A stretch of DNA of 64,000 nucleotides from Parcubacteria group bacterium CG1_02_58_44 (GTDB lineage Bacteria; Patescibacteriota; Patescibacteriia; SG8-24). The stretch's first letter is position 1. The number at the start of each line of letters is the position of its first letter. Positions 1 through 10,444 of this stretch are shown piece after piece. The notes beneath the pieces were generated by a model. It was given only the letters and a program-made list of their open reading frames with translations. It was not told the DNA's origin and searched no databases. A program made the position numbers and the translations under genes. Location: positions 2,089 through 66,088 of the forward strand of contig MNWN01000011.1 of assembly GCA_001872545.1 (NCBI GenBank). Reading direction: 5' to 3'.

Positions 1-325
1 CCTCGTCGCCATCCTTGTCCGAGTCCCGGTCAAAGTAGATATCGGTCAGCTCCCTTTCGATCTCGTCGCTGTCGACGGACGACATCTCTTTGACTGTTTC
101 CGTCGGCAGGACGGCGGACTCGTCGGCGACCTTCGGGACCGTCTCTTCCGATATTACGATCGGCGTTTCCGGCTTAGTCTCGGGCATGACGGAGTCGGTC
201 GACGGTTTGACGGCTGATTTTTTGGAGGGCCTCACGTTCGATTCGGTCGTCTTTTTCCGGCGTGGCCTTCGCGGCTTCGCAGGTGTTTTCGGTTTTGGGT
301 CTTTTTCCTCCTTCTTTCTGGGCAT
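1..325 (-). CDS. Partial CDS running off the window edge; hypothetical protein with a Lys/Pro-rich basic N-terminus followed by an acidic region
   Basis: Reverse-strand reading from an ATG at 323-325 gives MPRKKEEKDPKPKTPAKPRRPRRKK...IERELTDIYFDRDSDKDGDE with no stop before position 1. It is absent from the ORF track because it is incomplete. No recognisable family. Confidence 0.35.
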   Translation of the reverse strand, partial: MPRKKEEKDPKPKTPAKPRRPRRKKTTESNVRPSKKSAVKPSTDSVMPETKPETPIVISEETVPKVADESAVLPTETVKEMSSVDSDEIERELTDIYFDRDSDKDGDE

Positions 326-335
326 AGTTGAAAAG

Positions 336-2942
336 CTAGCGGATCGGCATCTCTCCCATGACGCCGAAGAAAAGGTCGTGGGTCAGCGTTTCCTCGGCGA
401 CCTCGCGGCCGCGTTCGTCGGTCTCATGGTCGGGCGATGACCAAACCGTGGAAAAGCCGCGCGGCAGGTCAACCGTAGAGACCAGTTCGGCCGGTACGGC
501 TCCGGACTGCTTCTGGACCAGCAACGAGTAGTTGAGTCGTCGGCTTTCGCTGCCGTTGGTCAGACTGGCGTAGAGCGAGGAGATCAGGTTGCCTTGCGGA
601 CCCTGAAGTTCGACGGTGCCCGGAGGAAGCTGATAGGTGAGCGTGAACTCGCTGGTCTGGCCCGGATCTGTCTGCACCCAGTTGCCGAAGACGGTCTTGC
701 CGTTTTCGGTCGATGTCCGCGTACCCGAGCGTCGGTCCAGCAGTTCCTCATCTTGAGCGCGAGCCAGGACCGGATCCTGGACGTAGTCCGGATCGGGAAG
801 CTTGAACAGCTTGGGATCCGGAGCCTCGAATCCTTCAGCCTCGACTAGCGTACTGCCTAGCGGTACGTAGACGCGCAGGTAGTCGACGTTGCGCACTCCG
901 GTGAAGTCATCGCCCCTGAGTCCATTGTGGGTTCGGCTGACGGTCAGCGTGACCAGCACCGATCCGTCGGCCAGTACCTTGGCGTCATGCCTGATCCGTT
1001 CGGTCATGACCGCATCGGTCTTCTGTCCGGCGATGTTGGAGTGGATCACCTGCAGGTAGTCGCCGGGGGAGGTCCTGATCTCGCCCGACCAGCCCAGATC
1101 GACCGAACGGTTCTGCATGTCCGGATCGCTGAACCACATCTGGATCTCACGGTCGGTCAGCGAGTCGCTAACCGCCTCGGCCAGCGGCAGGTAGTCGTCA
1201 CGTTCGGCGTTCATGACCCGTTCGAGGATGATGGGCGCCAGATCGGAGATGATCTGCTTCGGTCGGTTTTCCTCTCGGTCATAGTCGATCTCGACTTCGC
1301 GCTGCGTTTCGGTCATGAAGTTGTCGGACGACAGTGTGACTTCGTATTTCGGCATTTCGACCGGACCGACCACGGACAGCAGCCGTTCCATCACGCTGGC
1401 GTTGATCGCGATCACTCCGTCCACGGTCGGGCCGCCGCTCTTCTCGTAGAACCAGGCCAGACGTTGGGCCGAGGTGGGGAAGTCGGGCGACCAGTTAGCG
1501 TCCTGAAACTGCCAATGCGGGTTGATGAGACGCAACGGGCGTGGAGCGATCAGTTTTTCGGTAAGAGACCCCTGCAGGTCATACGATCCGCCGCCCGGTA
1601 TCTCGAGATTTGTCACCTTGCCTTGGCTTACGTCGAGCAGGGCGAAACTGCCGATGAAGCCGCCGGTCGGCCTCAGTTCGGAGTCGTTCTGGAAGACCAG
1701 CAGGTAGCGTCGCGGCTGCTCCGAGCCGACCAGCAGGGCCAGGAAGCCGGCCATGTGGGTGAGCTGGTCCATGCCGCCGACGAGCCGCGGCAGTTCTGAC
1801 TTGGCCTGATCTAGCGTGTCGCGGTATTCGACCGGAAGCGATTCCGGGGACATCAGGGCTACGGCCTCGTTGGCGCGTATTAGATGGGGCATGGCCCGAG
1901 AGAGCTGTATCTCGAGTCCTCGCAGTTTCTCCGACGGCGAAACGTCAGACTTCAGTACGTCGAGTCCCGAGGCCAGCTTTCTGCCGCCGGCCGACAGCTG
2001 ATCGCCGACCACGAGCATCAGTCCGGCCGTCGAGACGTCGCTCGACGGAATCACCGATCCGGCGGCGGTCAGTATGGATGACAGGATGCCGAGTCGGCTT
2101 TTTATCTGTACGAAATGCTCCTCTGCCTGACGGAAGGCCGCTTGGACCCCATCGAAGTCGCTGGTTTGGGCGGCGGTCTGTGCTAATTTCAGACTCTCCA
2201 TGGCCTGCAGTCCTTGGGCCACAGCGTCGGTCCTGATCAGGCTCAGTGAGCCGAACGATCTGTAGATGCCGAGCGGCAGCAGTACGGCCAAGGACAGCGA
2301 AGCAATGGCCCAGACTGGCTTCAGGCGCAGACGGGGTAGGGCCAATCCGGTCGGCAGCAGACTGCCTAGGTTCGGCTTGGGCAGGCGGACGACCGGTAAG
2401 GTCGGTAGTTTCAGCTTGGTCGCAGGTCTGACTATCGGTCCGGCGACGGCGATCGGCGGCATCTCGGCAGCCGGACTCTTGGCCGGAATGGGGAGCAGAG
2501 AAAGTAGAGGCTGCAATGTCAGCCGATAGATGAGCACCACTACGGTTTGCAGCAGGGCCAGGACGGTCAGCTCGGCCATCGGGTGTCCTTCGAAGAAGTT
2601 TCGGATAGTGAGAGTCACCGCATGGACCAACGTCAGGGCCTCCTTCGGCGGCAGGTCGCGCCAGCCTCGGGGCCGGATCGAGACTGACCGATGACGCATC
2701 TCCTTCAGGTAGATCCGTTCGTCGAGCATCATCTGCCATCTGTACGGCAGGCGGCGTTTGGTCTGGGCCGGCTTGATCTTTTCTGGTTGTGGGGCCGGAT
2801 GAGTCTCAATCGACGGCGGTTTGAGGTCTATGACGAACGGAGAAAAGCGGCGCTCCCTTTCGGGTCGTCGTATCTCCTCCGTCCGCGACAGTTCCTGGAC
2901 TGCGGCGTCGGTGTCGTCAGGCTGTCTGTTGATGTCGTTCAT
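336..2942 (-). CDS. DUF4012 domain-containing membrane protein, a family often linked to cell-wall glycopolymer loci
   Basis: 868 aa ORF with an N-terminal TM segment. The central region LLVFQNDSELRPTGGFIGSFALLD...INPHWQFQDANWSPDF matches the conserved ELRPTGGFIGS core of DUF4012 proteins. It sits next to glycosyltransferases. Confidence 0.75.
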   Translation of the reverse strand: MNDINRQPDDTDAAVQELSRTEEIRRPERERRFSPFVIDLKPPSIETHPAPQPEKIKPAQTKRRLPYRWQMMLDERIYLKEMRHRSVSIRPRGWRDLPPKEALTLVHAVTLTIRNFFEGHPMAELTVLALLQTVVVLIYRLTLQPLLSLLPIPAKSPAAEMPPIAVAGPIVRPATKLKLPTLPVVRLPKPNLGSLLPTGLALPRLRLKPVWAIASLSLAVLLPLGIYRSFGSLSLIRTDAVAQGLQAMESLKLAQTAAQTSDFDGVQAAFRQAEEHFVQIKSRLGILSSILTAAGSVIPSSDVSTAGLMLVVGDQLSAGGRKLASGLDVLKSDVSPSEKLRGLEIQLSRAMPHLIRANEAVALMSPESLPVEYRDTLDQAKSELPRLVGGMDQLTHMAGFLALLVGSEQPRRYLLVFQNDSELRPTGGFIGSFALLDVSQGKVTNLEIPGGGSYDLQGSLTEKLIAPRPLRLINPHWQFQDANWSPDFPTSAQRLAWFYEKSGGPTVDGVIAINASVMERLLSVVGPVEMPKYEVTLSSDNFMTETQREVEIDYDREENRPKQIISDLAPIILERVMNAERDDYLPLAEAVSDSLTDREIQMWFSDPDMQNRSVDLGWSGEIRTSPGDYLQVIHSNIAGQKTDAVMTERIRHDAKVLADGSVLVTLTVSRTHNGLRGDDFTGVRNVDYLRVYVPLGSTLVEAEGFEAPDPKLFKLPDPDYVQDPVLARAQDEELLDRRSGTRTSTENGKTVFGNWVQTDPGQTSEFTLTYQLPPGTVELQGPQGNLISSLYASLTNGSESRRLNYSLLVQKQSGAVPAELVSTVDLPRGFSTVWSSPDHETDERGREVAEETLTHDLFFGVMGEMPIR

Positions 2943-4086
2943 CGTTCTTTTGTAGGTTCTGTTCGTAGACGGTCAGCGTGCGGGCGGCCGTATCGCGCCA
3001 GCTGTAGCAGGCACACTGGATTCTTCCGGCCTCGATCAGTTTGGTTCGCAGTCCTTCGTCGTCGGCCAATTGTGACATGGCCGCGGCCATCGATTCGATG
3101 TCCTCCGGGTCGAAGTAGAGCGCAGCCTGGCCCAGCGTCTCCGGCAGGCACGATCGGTTCGAGGAGACGACCGGCAGTCCGTAGCTCATCGCCTCGAGCG
3201 GTGGGATGCCGAATCCCTCGCACAGCGACGGGAAGACGTAGAACGACGCGTTGCGATACAGGTCGGCCAGTTCCTCGTCGCTGGCCCGTCCGAAGAACGT
3301 CACCCCCAGGCCGAGTCGTTCGCGAGTCATCTCCTTCTGCAGTCGTTCGTAGAAGTAGTCGTTGGCTCCGACCAGCACCAGTCCGAAGTCCTCGTGGCCC
3401 TGTCGGCGGAAACGGTCGAATCCCTTGACCAAACGTTCCAGGTTCTTGTGCGGATAGGCACTGCCGACGTAGAGGGCATAGGGTTTTTTTGGTCCGACGG
3501 ACGTCTCGGCAGGTTGGTTTTCTTTTTGGTTTTCGCTGAACTTTTCTGAGCAGGCGCAGCCGGTTACGACGATCGACTTGTTTTTTGTCTTCGGAAAGAG
3601 TCGCTCGATCTCCTTTTTGGTCGTTTCGGAAACGGTCAGGATGGTCTTAGCCCGTCGGAGAGCGCTGGCCATGACCAGTCGGTAGGCTAGGTACTTCAGT
3701 CGGTAGGTCAGTGGGTTGAGAGTCGTCGAACGGACGGTCGGAAAGTGGAGCAGAATCAGGTCATGCACAGTCGTGACGAACGGCCGGCGGTACAGCAGGG
3801 GCACGTTGAAGTGGGGGAAGTGCATCAGGTCCAGGCGGAAGCGGCGCAGAAACAGCGGATAGAGGACCTGTTCATGCAGAGAGTAGCAGCGGTATTCGGC
3901 CAGCTCCTTGCGGAAGTTCGGCGCCGTCGGCCGGTAGTCGTCGAAGTTTTCCCGGCGCAGGAAAATGACGTATTCGTTCCGGTCGTCAATCCGTTCGAGG
4001 TGAGCGATCAGCTCGCTGACGTAGCGCCCCAGGCCCTTGCCGATTGTGCCGTAGAAACGGGCGTCGATGCCGATCTTCATGATCAT
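2917..4086 (-). CDS. Glycosyltransferase, GT-B fold (group 1/GT4 family)
   Basis: MKIGIDARFYG N-terminus. The C-terminal EGFGIPPLEAMSYGLPVVSS matches the GT4 E-x7-E region. The likely true start is the MKIG Met at about 4080. Confidence 0.85.
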   Translation of the reverse strand: MIMKIGIDARFYGTIGKGLGRYVSELIAHLERIDDRNEYVIFLRRENFDDYRPTAPNFRKELAEYRCYSLHEQVLYPLFLRRFRLDLMHFPHFNVPLLYRRPFVTTVHDLILLHFPTVRSTTLNPLTYRLKYLAYRLVMASALRRAKTILTVSETTKKEIERLFPKTKNKSIVVTGCACSEKFSENQKENQPAETSVGPKKPYALYVGSAYPHKNLERLVKGFDRFRRQGHEDFGLVLVGANDYFYERLQKEMTRERLGLGVTFFGRASDEELADLYRNASFYVFPSLCEGFGIPPLEAMSYGLPVVSSNRSCLPETLGQAALYFDPEDIESMAAAMSQLADDEGLRTKLIEAGRIQCACYSWRDTAARTLTVYEQNLQKNDERHQQTA

Positions 4087-4289
4087 CTTCAGCTAGTTCC
4101 GGATGCCTAAGGGCATCGTCGTGCCGGATCCGAATGCAATACGCATATTATAGCAGAAGGTGTGTCGGGATTTAAGGGTAGTTCGATTCGTGCAGTCACG
4201 TAAGTTTGTTGCGACCTTGTCGCCGCTCCCAGATTGGGTATGCTGACCTTAGATGGGTGCGTAACTCGGCGTAAATAAACCCAACAGTT

Positions 4290-4868
4290 ATGCAGAATGA
4301 AGAGCTCTATCGAAAATATCTTTCTGGGCGTCATTGGGATAGTCATTTTACCGCTTACGCCCAGGGATTCGCCGACTTTCTGCTCTCGAACGGTTTTGCG
4401 GGCCGTCTGGTCGATCTTGGCTGCGGCAGCGGTCGAGATGTGGTCGTCTTTCGCAGTCGGGGGATCGAAGTCTTGGGCGTTGATCTCTCCGCAGAGGAGA
4501 TTGCGACGGCCAGGTCAGGGTATCCGAATTGCCAGTTTGAGGTTGGTGATGCCGAACAATTGAATTTTGACGACTGTAGCATCGGAGCCCTTTTCATGAT
4601 CAACGTGGTGCACTACTTGGATAAGCATCGAGCCCTTGAGGAGGCTTGTCGCGTGCTCAAGCCCGGCGGTTTCTTCCTGATTCATTTCAACACCATGATA
4701 GCGGACCAGGACGGTAGGGTTGACTACGCGCAGGACGAGTCGGAGATTCTTAAGCTGACCAGGAATTTTGAGGTCGTTAGGAAGAATTCGCTCGTACGGG
4801 TGGATTCGCGTCCGATTGTTCATACGCATGCGATTCTCGAGCTGATTCTGAAAAGGCCGTTAGGTTAA
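4290..4868 (+). CDS. Class I SAM-dependent methyltransferase
   Basis: 192 aa ORF with motif I LVDLGCGSGRDVVVF and a downstream acidic-loop motif VLKPGGFFLI. Confidence 0.8.
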   Translation: MQNEELYRKYLSGRHWDSHFTAYAQGFADFLLSNGFAGRLVDLGCGSGRDVVVFRSRGIEVLGVDLSAEEIATARSGYPNCQFEVGDAEQLNFDDCSIGALFMINVVHYLDKHRALEEACRVLKPGGFFLIHFNTMIADQDGRVDYAQDESEILKLTRNFEVVRKNSLVRVDSRPIVHTHAILELILKRPLG

Positions 4869-4887
4869 TCTGAATGGCGATAACAAG

Positions 4888-4917
4888 AAAAGCCGCCTTG
4901 AGAGGGGCGGTCTTTTT
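4888..4917 (+). terminator. Rho-independent terminator-like hairpin followed by a T tract
   Basis: aaagccgcc ttgagagg ggcggtctttttc lies immediately 3' of the methyltransferase gene. Confidence 0.5.
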
Positions 4918-5026
4918 CGACCGTCTTTTGTCTCTGATCGGAATCGGCTTGATTGTTTTTGCCCCCCCGATAAACTTCTTTTGAAGTGATTAACTTCCGC
5001 TAACTGATCAGTTTTTAACTGAAATT

Positions 5027-5479
5027 ATGAGTGAATCAAGGGGTACGCCAATCGAGGGAGTGAATGGATGGACAGAGGAGGAAACTGAAGCTCACAACAA
5101 AGAGGAAGTCGAACGAAATTGGGGAGAAATTTCCAGTCGTTGGGCAAATTTTATGAAGGAAAGAGGAGAGGGAGAGAAGGGGGCGACGAACGAAGATTGG
5201 GACCAGCTGCGTGAGGATTTGCTGTCCGCACTAAAGGTAGATGGGTGGAACAGGGGGAAGGGAAATGGCAAAAGATATGACAGGGAGTTGGATATGAACT
5301 TAAGTAGTGAAGAAGTGAAAACGATTACCTTCTTGCAGTTGCCGTCATATTTTGATGGACTGGACAGTTACGATCGGGAACAATGGATGGAAGGTGATGT
5401 GCCGACTCCATGTCCGGAATTGAAGCGAATCGTCTTGTCTAAGGGTCCTGACGGTAAGTGGATTGAGGTTGGTGAGTGA
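5027..5479 (+). CDS. Hypothetical protein (150 aa) in a low-GC islet
   Basis: Complete ORF rich in Glu/Lys/Trp. Local GC is visibly lower than the flanks. No recognisable motif. Confidence 0.5.
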   Translation: MSESRGTPIEGVNGWTEEETEAHNKEEVERNWGEISSRWANFMKERGEGEKGATNEDWDQLREDLLSALKVDGWNRGKGNGKRYDRELDMNLSSEEVKTITFLQLPSYFDGLDSYDREQWMEGDVPTPCPELKRIVLSKGPDGKWIEVGE

Positions 5480-5525
5480 TTGGTGTTTTGAACAGACGTT
5501 TCGAGTGCCGTAATTAGGAAAAATA

Positions 5526-5554
5526 AAAAGACCGCCCTGATGGGCGGTCTTTTG
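5526..5554. terminator. Bidirectional terminator hairpin between convergent genes
   Basis: aaaagaccgccc tgat gggcggtctttt is a palindromic GC stem flanked by an A tract and a T tract. It lies between the 3' ends of 5027..5479(+) and 5566..6690(-). Confidence 0.55.
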
Positions 5555-5565
5555 CCTGTTCGAAT

Positions 5566-6690
5566 TCAAGGTTTGATTTCGGCGAAGATGCGTTCCAGTC
5601 GGTCGGCACTGCGGTCCCAAGTGAACCGGCCGGCTCGGGTCGGTCCGGCCAGGCGGAGATGCCTTTCGAGACCGGTATCGTTCAGGGCGGCACCGATGGC
5701 CCAGGCGATCTCTTCGGTTCGGTCGGGATTGACCAGCAGCCCGGCGTCGCCGACCACCTCGGGCAGGGAGGTCGTGCTGCTGGCGATGACCGGCGTGCCG
5801 CAGGCCAGCGCTTCGAGCGCCGGCATGCCGAAACCTTCGTAGAAAGACGGGTAGACGAAGGCTGATGCGGCCGAATAGAGCGCCGGCTTGTCGTCCTCGT
5901 CGACGTAGCCCAGAAATTTGATCCGGTCTCGCTTGCGGGCCATTCCGACGGCCCTGAAGATTCGCTCATGCAGCCAGCCACGTCCGCCGGTCAGTATCAG
6001 TTCGGTCTCGCCCGTGTCGGCCAGGTCGAAGGCCCGGATGATTCCGGTTACGTTCTTGCGCTGCTCCAGCGTGGCCAGAAACAGGACGAACCGTTCGGGC
6101 AAGCCGTATTTCTTTCGCGTGCCGGCGGTCTCGACGGCGGCAAGCGGACGATATAGATTGGTGTCCACGCCGGGGCTGACCACGCGTATTCGGTCAGCGT
6201 CTAGGCCGAACGTCTCGGTCAGGTCCTCCTTGGTGTGTTCCGAGACCGCGATCACCAACATCGCCCGGTTCAGCATGCGCCGGAGTCCGGCCAGCCGGTT
6301 GCGCAGCAGGTGCTTGCGGGAGAAGAACTCCGGATGCCGGACGAAGGACAGGTCATGGACCGTCAATGCGTATGGACGGCGGGTCGCCAGGAAGTTCAGG
6401 TCCGGCAGGTAGGCCAAGTCGAACTCGCCGACCATCTCCTCCAGTCTGGGTCGGCCGGCCAGGGAGACGGATAGGTTTATCAGACGGTTAGGCCGGCGGA
6501 AGAAGTGATGGGTGATCGAGCCGTTCGGCGGCGGAACGTCGGTCGGAAACGGCAGTCTCGAGGAATTGCAAAAGAGGGCGTATTCGTGCGCCCCCCCTTC
6601 CGCCAAGCGCCGCATCAGGTGCAGCGTGTAGAGCGGCACTCCGGTCCTCTGCGGATCTAGGAGTGGCCGGATGTCGACCGCAATTCTCAT
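5566..6690 (-). CDS. Glycosyltransferase, GT-B fold (group 1)
   Basis: [23 protein letters not shown]-terminus and C-terminal [20 protein letters not shown]. Confidence 0.85.
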   Translation of the reverse strand: MRIAVDIRPLLDPQRTGVPLYTLHLMRRLAEGGAHEYALFCNSSRLPFPTDVPPPNGSITHHFFRRPNRLINLSVSLAGRPRLEEMVGEFDLAYLPDLNFLATRRPYALTVHDLSFVRHPEFFSRKHLLRNRLAGLRRMLNRAMLVIAVSEHTKEDLTETFGLDADRIRVVSPGVDTNLYRPLAAVETAGTRKKYGLPERFVLFLATLEQRKNVTGIIRAFDLADTGETELILTGGRGWLHERIFRAVGMARKRDRIKFLGYVDEDDKPALYSAASAFVYPSFYEGFGMPALEALACGTPVIASSTTSLPEVVGDAGLLVNPDRTEEIAWAIGAALNDTGLERHLRLAGPTRAGRFTWDRSADRLERIFAEIKP

Positions 6691-6693
6691 GGC

Positions 6694-7860
6694 CTAGTTC
6701 GTTATCTTCAGACCCGGCTCGACTCTAAGCAGCCGGTCGGGCGACTTCATCAGGAAATCCTCCTCGTTCCTGAGGTGCTCCTGATAGGCGTCGCGGACGA
6801 AGTCCTTGATTCGTCTCTTGAAGACGCTCGTGTTGAACTGCTCGGCGTGTCGGCGGATTTTCTGCGGATCGAATTTTTCCGGCTCGAACCTGATCACGCA
6901 GTTGGCCAGCTCCTCCCAGCTCTGGTCCTCCAGGAAAGTTCCGGTCATTCCATCGACGACCGTCTCGAGCGCCCCGCCGCGCCGATAGGCGATGACCGGG
7001 CGGCCGGCGGCCATGGACTCGACTGGCGTGATGCCGAAGTCCTCGTCCTGCGGATGGAGGTAGGCGATGGCCCGGGCATACAGCTCCGCCTTCTGCCGTT
7101 CGTTGACCTTGCCGACGAAATCGACGTTCGGTCTGGCCATCCGGCGCAGCGCCGAGAAGGACGGTCCCTCGCCGAAGATCTTGAGCGGAATGCCGAGCTT
7201 GTTGAACGCCCTGATCACGACGTCGAACCTCTTGTAGGCCACCAGCCGACCGCCGGCCAGGTAGTAGTCGTCGATCCGCGGGGAGATGGAGTAGTTATGA
7301 GTGTCGACCGGCGGATGTATGACGGTGCTGTCGCGTCGGTAGTACTTGGCGATTCGGTGGCGGACGGCCTGTGAGTTGGCCACGAAGCGGTCGACCCGGT
7401 CGGCGGCGTTGCGGTCCCAGGAGCGGATGCTCGACAGCAGCAGCGGCATTATCGACCTGACCGGACGCGGCAGCCCGATCTCGTTGACGTAGGTATGGGT
7501 GTCGGACCAGAGGTAGCGGGTCGGCGTGTGGCAGTAGCTGACGTGCAGCGTCTCCGGCTTGGTGATGACGCCCTTGGCGAAGGCTGACGTGCTCGACAGC
7601 ACCAGGTCGAAGTCGTTGAGGTTATGCCCTTCGGTCGCCGCCGGCATGAGCGGCATGAGCCACCTGAAGTGCCGTCTGGAGAAGGGGATCCGCTGCAGGA
7701 AAGATGTCCTTATGTCGCCGCGGAAGGTTTTCCCGAAGCGTTTCTCGTCGTGCAGCAGCGCGAAGATCGGTGCCTTGGGCCAGACCTCGTGAAAGGTCTT
7801 GAAGACGCGTTCGGCGCCGCCGTCTTGGATCAGGTAATCGTGGACTAGGGCGATTTTCAT
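6694..7860 (-). CDS. Glycosyltransferase, GT-B fold (group 1)
   Basis: MKIALVHDYLIQDGGAERV N-terminus and EDFGITPVESMAAGRPVIAYRRGG. A 4 bp gap separates it from the upstream GT, suggesting an operon. Confidence 0.85.
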   Translation of the reverse strand: MKIALVHDYLIQDGGAERVFKTFHEVWPKAPIFALLHDEKRFGKTFRGDIRTSFLQRIPFSRRHFRWLMPLMPAATEGHNLNDFDLVLSSTSAFAKGVITKPETLHVSYCHTPTRYLWSDTHTYVNEIGLPRPVRSIMPLLLSSIRSWDRNAADRVDRFVANSQAVRHRIAKYYRRDSTVIHPPVDTHNYSISPRIDDYYLAGGRLVAYKRFDVVIRAFNKLGIPLKIFGEGPSFSALRRMARPNVDFVGKVNERQKAELYARAIAYLHPQDEDFGITPVESMAAGRPVIAYRRGGALETVVDGMTGTFLEDQSWEELANCVIRFEPEKFDPQKIRRHAEQFNTSVFKRRIKDFVRDAYQEHLRNEEDFLMKSPDRLLRVEPGLKITN

Positions 7861-7934
7861 GTGGTAGGTCGGTCAGTCAGGCTCTCATGATCAGCATCGC
7901 TGGTCTTTTTTCTTTGCGCATTGTCTCTCGACGG

Positions 7935-9350
7935 TCAGGCGGTCGGCGGACGGGTCAGGATCACGATCGGCGTCTTGATCAGGATCGACAGGTCAAGCCA
8001 AGGTGACCAATTCTCGATGTAGTAGGTGTCGAGATGGATCTCGTCTTCGAACGACAGGTCGCATCTTCCGGAGACCTGCGCCAGGCCGGTGATTCCGGGC
8101 TTTATGGTAAAGACGCGTCGGTGATGTTCCTTGTACTTTTCGACCTCCTCCGGCAGGTGTGGCCGAGGACCGACGAGCGACATGTCGCCCTTCAACACCA
8201 GGAACAGTTCGGGCAGCTCGTCGATCGAGTACTTGCGGATGAAGCGGCCAACTCGGGTGACACGCGGGTCGTCCTTGATCTTGACCAGCGGTCCGTCCTT
8301 GCGGGTGTTCAGTTTGGCCAGTTCGTCGTAGCGCAGAAAATGCTGGTCGCGTTTCATTGACCTGAACTTCAGGTAGGTAAATGGACGTCCTCCCTCACCG
8401 ATGCGTTTGACCGTCAGCCCGTCGGGCAGCTTCGAGAAGAAGACCGTTCCCCTAGAATCGATTTTGATGGCGACAGACGTGACGACCAGGATAGGGGACA
8501 CCAGGACGATAAGCAGGGTCGAGACGATAATATCGAAGATTCGCTTGAAGATGCGACCCCAACCGTCGAGTCGGGTGCTGCGGATCTCGACCACAGGCAA
8601 TCCGGCGATGTCGCCGATTTCCACGCCCCGGACCTGCGTCGCCAACAGGTCGGCGGTGTACTTGAAGGCCAGCTGGCGCGAGCGGGCGAAGGCCAGTATG
8701 CGCGACAGTTCGTCTCGGTCGGTTCCGGCGCCGATGACGATGATCTCGTCCAGCTGTCCTGTCTTGGCCAGCCGGTCGAGCTTGGACTTGGCGGCGCCGT
8801 CGAAGCGGTCGCATCGGCTGACCACGGAGAAGCCGAGGACCGGAAAGCGGCTGAAGGTCTCGGCCAGCTTGTCGGCCGAGCGCCGATCGTCGTTGACGAT
8901 GGCCACCCGATGCGTGCCGATGCCGTACTTGAGCAGCAGCCGCTGGAGCAGACGGACGAAGATTCGGCCGCAGCCGACGAACAGTACGGCGAAGAACCAG
9001 ACTGCCAGCACGATGAAACGCGACTCGAATAGCTCGCGACGGAAGAAGATCAGGGCAATGGAGGTCATGATCGCCGTCGAGGACGACAGGAAGATGCGGG
9101 TCAGCTCGATTCGCAGGCGGCGCGGACCGGAGACGTTGTATAGTCCGGCGAAGGTGAAGAACAGGACGAAGACCGCGGCCAGTCCGGCCGACAGCAGCAG
9201 GTAGTCGCTGAACGACATGGTCAGGACTACCGGGCGGAAGTCGGTCAGCCAGCCGAAGCGCAGGTTGTAGGCCGTGATTCCGGCCGCCAGCACCAGCAGG
9301 AAGTCGAACGGCACCAGGGCTGCAGTGAAGGCCAATTCTGTCCTTTTCAT
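7935..9350 (-). CDS. Polyprenyl (undecaprenyl)-phosphate sugar phosphotransferase, the priming glycosyltransferase of the WbaP/CpsE bacterial sugar transferase family
   Basis: N-terminal TM helices. The C-terminal domain [60 protein letters not shown]...[21 protein letters not shown] matches the Bac_transf family signature. Confidence 0.85.
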   Translation of the reverse strand: MKRTELAFTAALVPFDFLLVLAAGITAYNLRFGWLTDFRPVVLTMSFSDYLLLSAGLAAVFVLFFTFAGLYNVSGPRRLRIELTRIFLSSSTAIMTSIALIFFRRELFESRFIVLAVWFFAVLFVGCGRIFVRLLQRLLLKYGIGTHRVAIVNDDRRSADKLAETFSRFPVLGFSVVSRCDRFDGAAKSKLDRLAKTGQLDEIIVIGAGTDRDELSRILAFARSRQLAFKYTADLLATQVRGVEIGDIAGLPVVEIRSTRLDGWGRIFKRIFDIIVSTLLIVLVSPILVVTSVAIKIDSRGTVFFSKLPDGLTVKRIGEGGRPFTYLKFRSMKRDQHFLRYDELAKLNTRKDGPLVKIKDDPRVTRVGRFIRKYSIDELPELFLVLKGDMSLVGPRPHLPEEVEKYKEHHRRVFTIKPGITGLAQVSGRCDLSFEDEIHLDTYYIENWSPWLDLSILIKTPIVILTRPPTA

Positions 9351-9595
9351 AGCTAAATATTCTTGATTTACGACGACTTCATTCTATCGGGGAATTCGGC
9401 TTGAGGCAACCGAAGTTTCGGCGTTACTCTTGATTGGTAGTGGCCTGCTTTGTCACCCGCAACTCCGCGGGATCGTAGTGTGGTGGATGTTGCCAGAACT
9501 TTTGCTGCCGCTATCTAGCCACTATACTTCCCCGAAGTGCCGTCGCAACCGTCGGGAGCGTCGAATGACTAACTAAGTAAACTCGACAGACGAAA

Positions 9596-9620
9596 GCACC
9601 GCACGATAATCGTGCGGTGC
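9596..9620 (-). terminator. Hairpin (terminator-like) downstream of the lipoprotein gene on the minus strand
   Basis: gcaccgcacg ataat cgtgcggtgc is a perfect 10 bp stem. On the minus strand it is followed by TTTCGTCTG. Confidence 0.4.
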
Positions 9621-9645
9621 AAAGGTCCGGCGGTGCGGACGGCGA

Positions 9646-10254
9646 TTACGGCTGCTCAGCCGGGAGAAGGTAAGCCTCGTAGAGATAGCTTACCGTACCC
9701 TCGGCCAGTTCGAGCTGCCGCTGCAGCAGGATCTCCCGTTGGGCCGGCATCTGGGCGGCCGGACCGCCGGGCCAAAGCGGATGGTCGTGCCGCACCTGTT
9801 CGGCGCAGAACAGCCGGTCGATTTGGGTCCCGTTGGTCCGTCTGTCCACGATCAGACCGACGGAGACATTCACTGTCCGCAGCGCACACTGAACTGCGTC
9901 GGTCAGGTCATCGGCCGTCTCCCGGACCGCCTGCGCCTCGTCTTGGCTCTGGATCTGCCCCACGTTCTGCCGCTGCACGAGCAGTAGGTTCCGGCCCACC
10001 TCCGCCGCCAACAGTATGGCGTCAACGTCGGCCAGTATGCCTGATGTCCGCGGCAGACCGACTGCGGCCAGATGTGCCCGAGTCGCCCGAGTGGAATCGA
10101 GACTCCGCACGGTCAGGTCGACCCGCCTGTCCAAGTAGTCATATGCATCGTTGCGCTCGTACAGGAGCGCATTCCGGTTATGGCTGTCGTTGCAGCCACT
10201 CAAAACAACAACCAGTACTACAGCCGCGATAGCGGCCTTCAGAAAACTTCCCAT
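9646..10254 (-). CDS. Hypothetical lipoprotein
   Basis: The N-terminus MGSFLKAAIAAVVLVVVLSGCNDSH has a signal peptide plus an LSGC lipobox. Preferred over the overlapping + strand ORF 9612..10232. Confidence 0.55.
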   Translation of the reverse strand: MGSFLKAAIAAVVLVVVLSGCNDSHNRNALLYERNDAYDYLDRRVDLTVRSLDSTRATRAHLAAVGLPRTSGILADVDAILLAAEVGRNLLLVQRQNVGQIQSQDEAQAVRETADDLTDAVQCALRTVNVSVGLIVDRRTNGTQIDRLFCAEQVRHDHPLWPGGPAAQMPAQREILLQRQLELAEGTVSYLYEAYLLPAEQP

Positions 10255-10444
10255 TTCCTCCTCCTTTCGGCCTCCTCACGGCCGATACAAGAGCTGTAAG
10301 TTAAACACTGCATACAGCCCTAACTCTGTCCTGTGATAAATGACCACAGGAACGATGAAAAATAGCATAAATCACGCTATTTGTCAAGCGTGAGGCTTGA
10401 CTCGTGCGGTCTTTTCGGCTACATTTGTTTGGTCCCGCAAGGGG

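Noticed and set aside
90-440. Track ORF 90..440 (+), 116 aa, at the window start
   Set aside because: It is a low-complexity Gly/Ser/Phe-rich translation lying antisense to a more plausible partial minus-strand gene (1-325) and overlapping the DUF4012 gene end. It is a typical high-GC spurious ORF.
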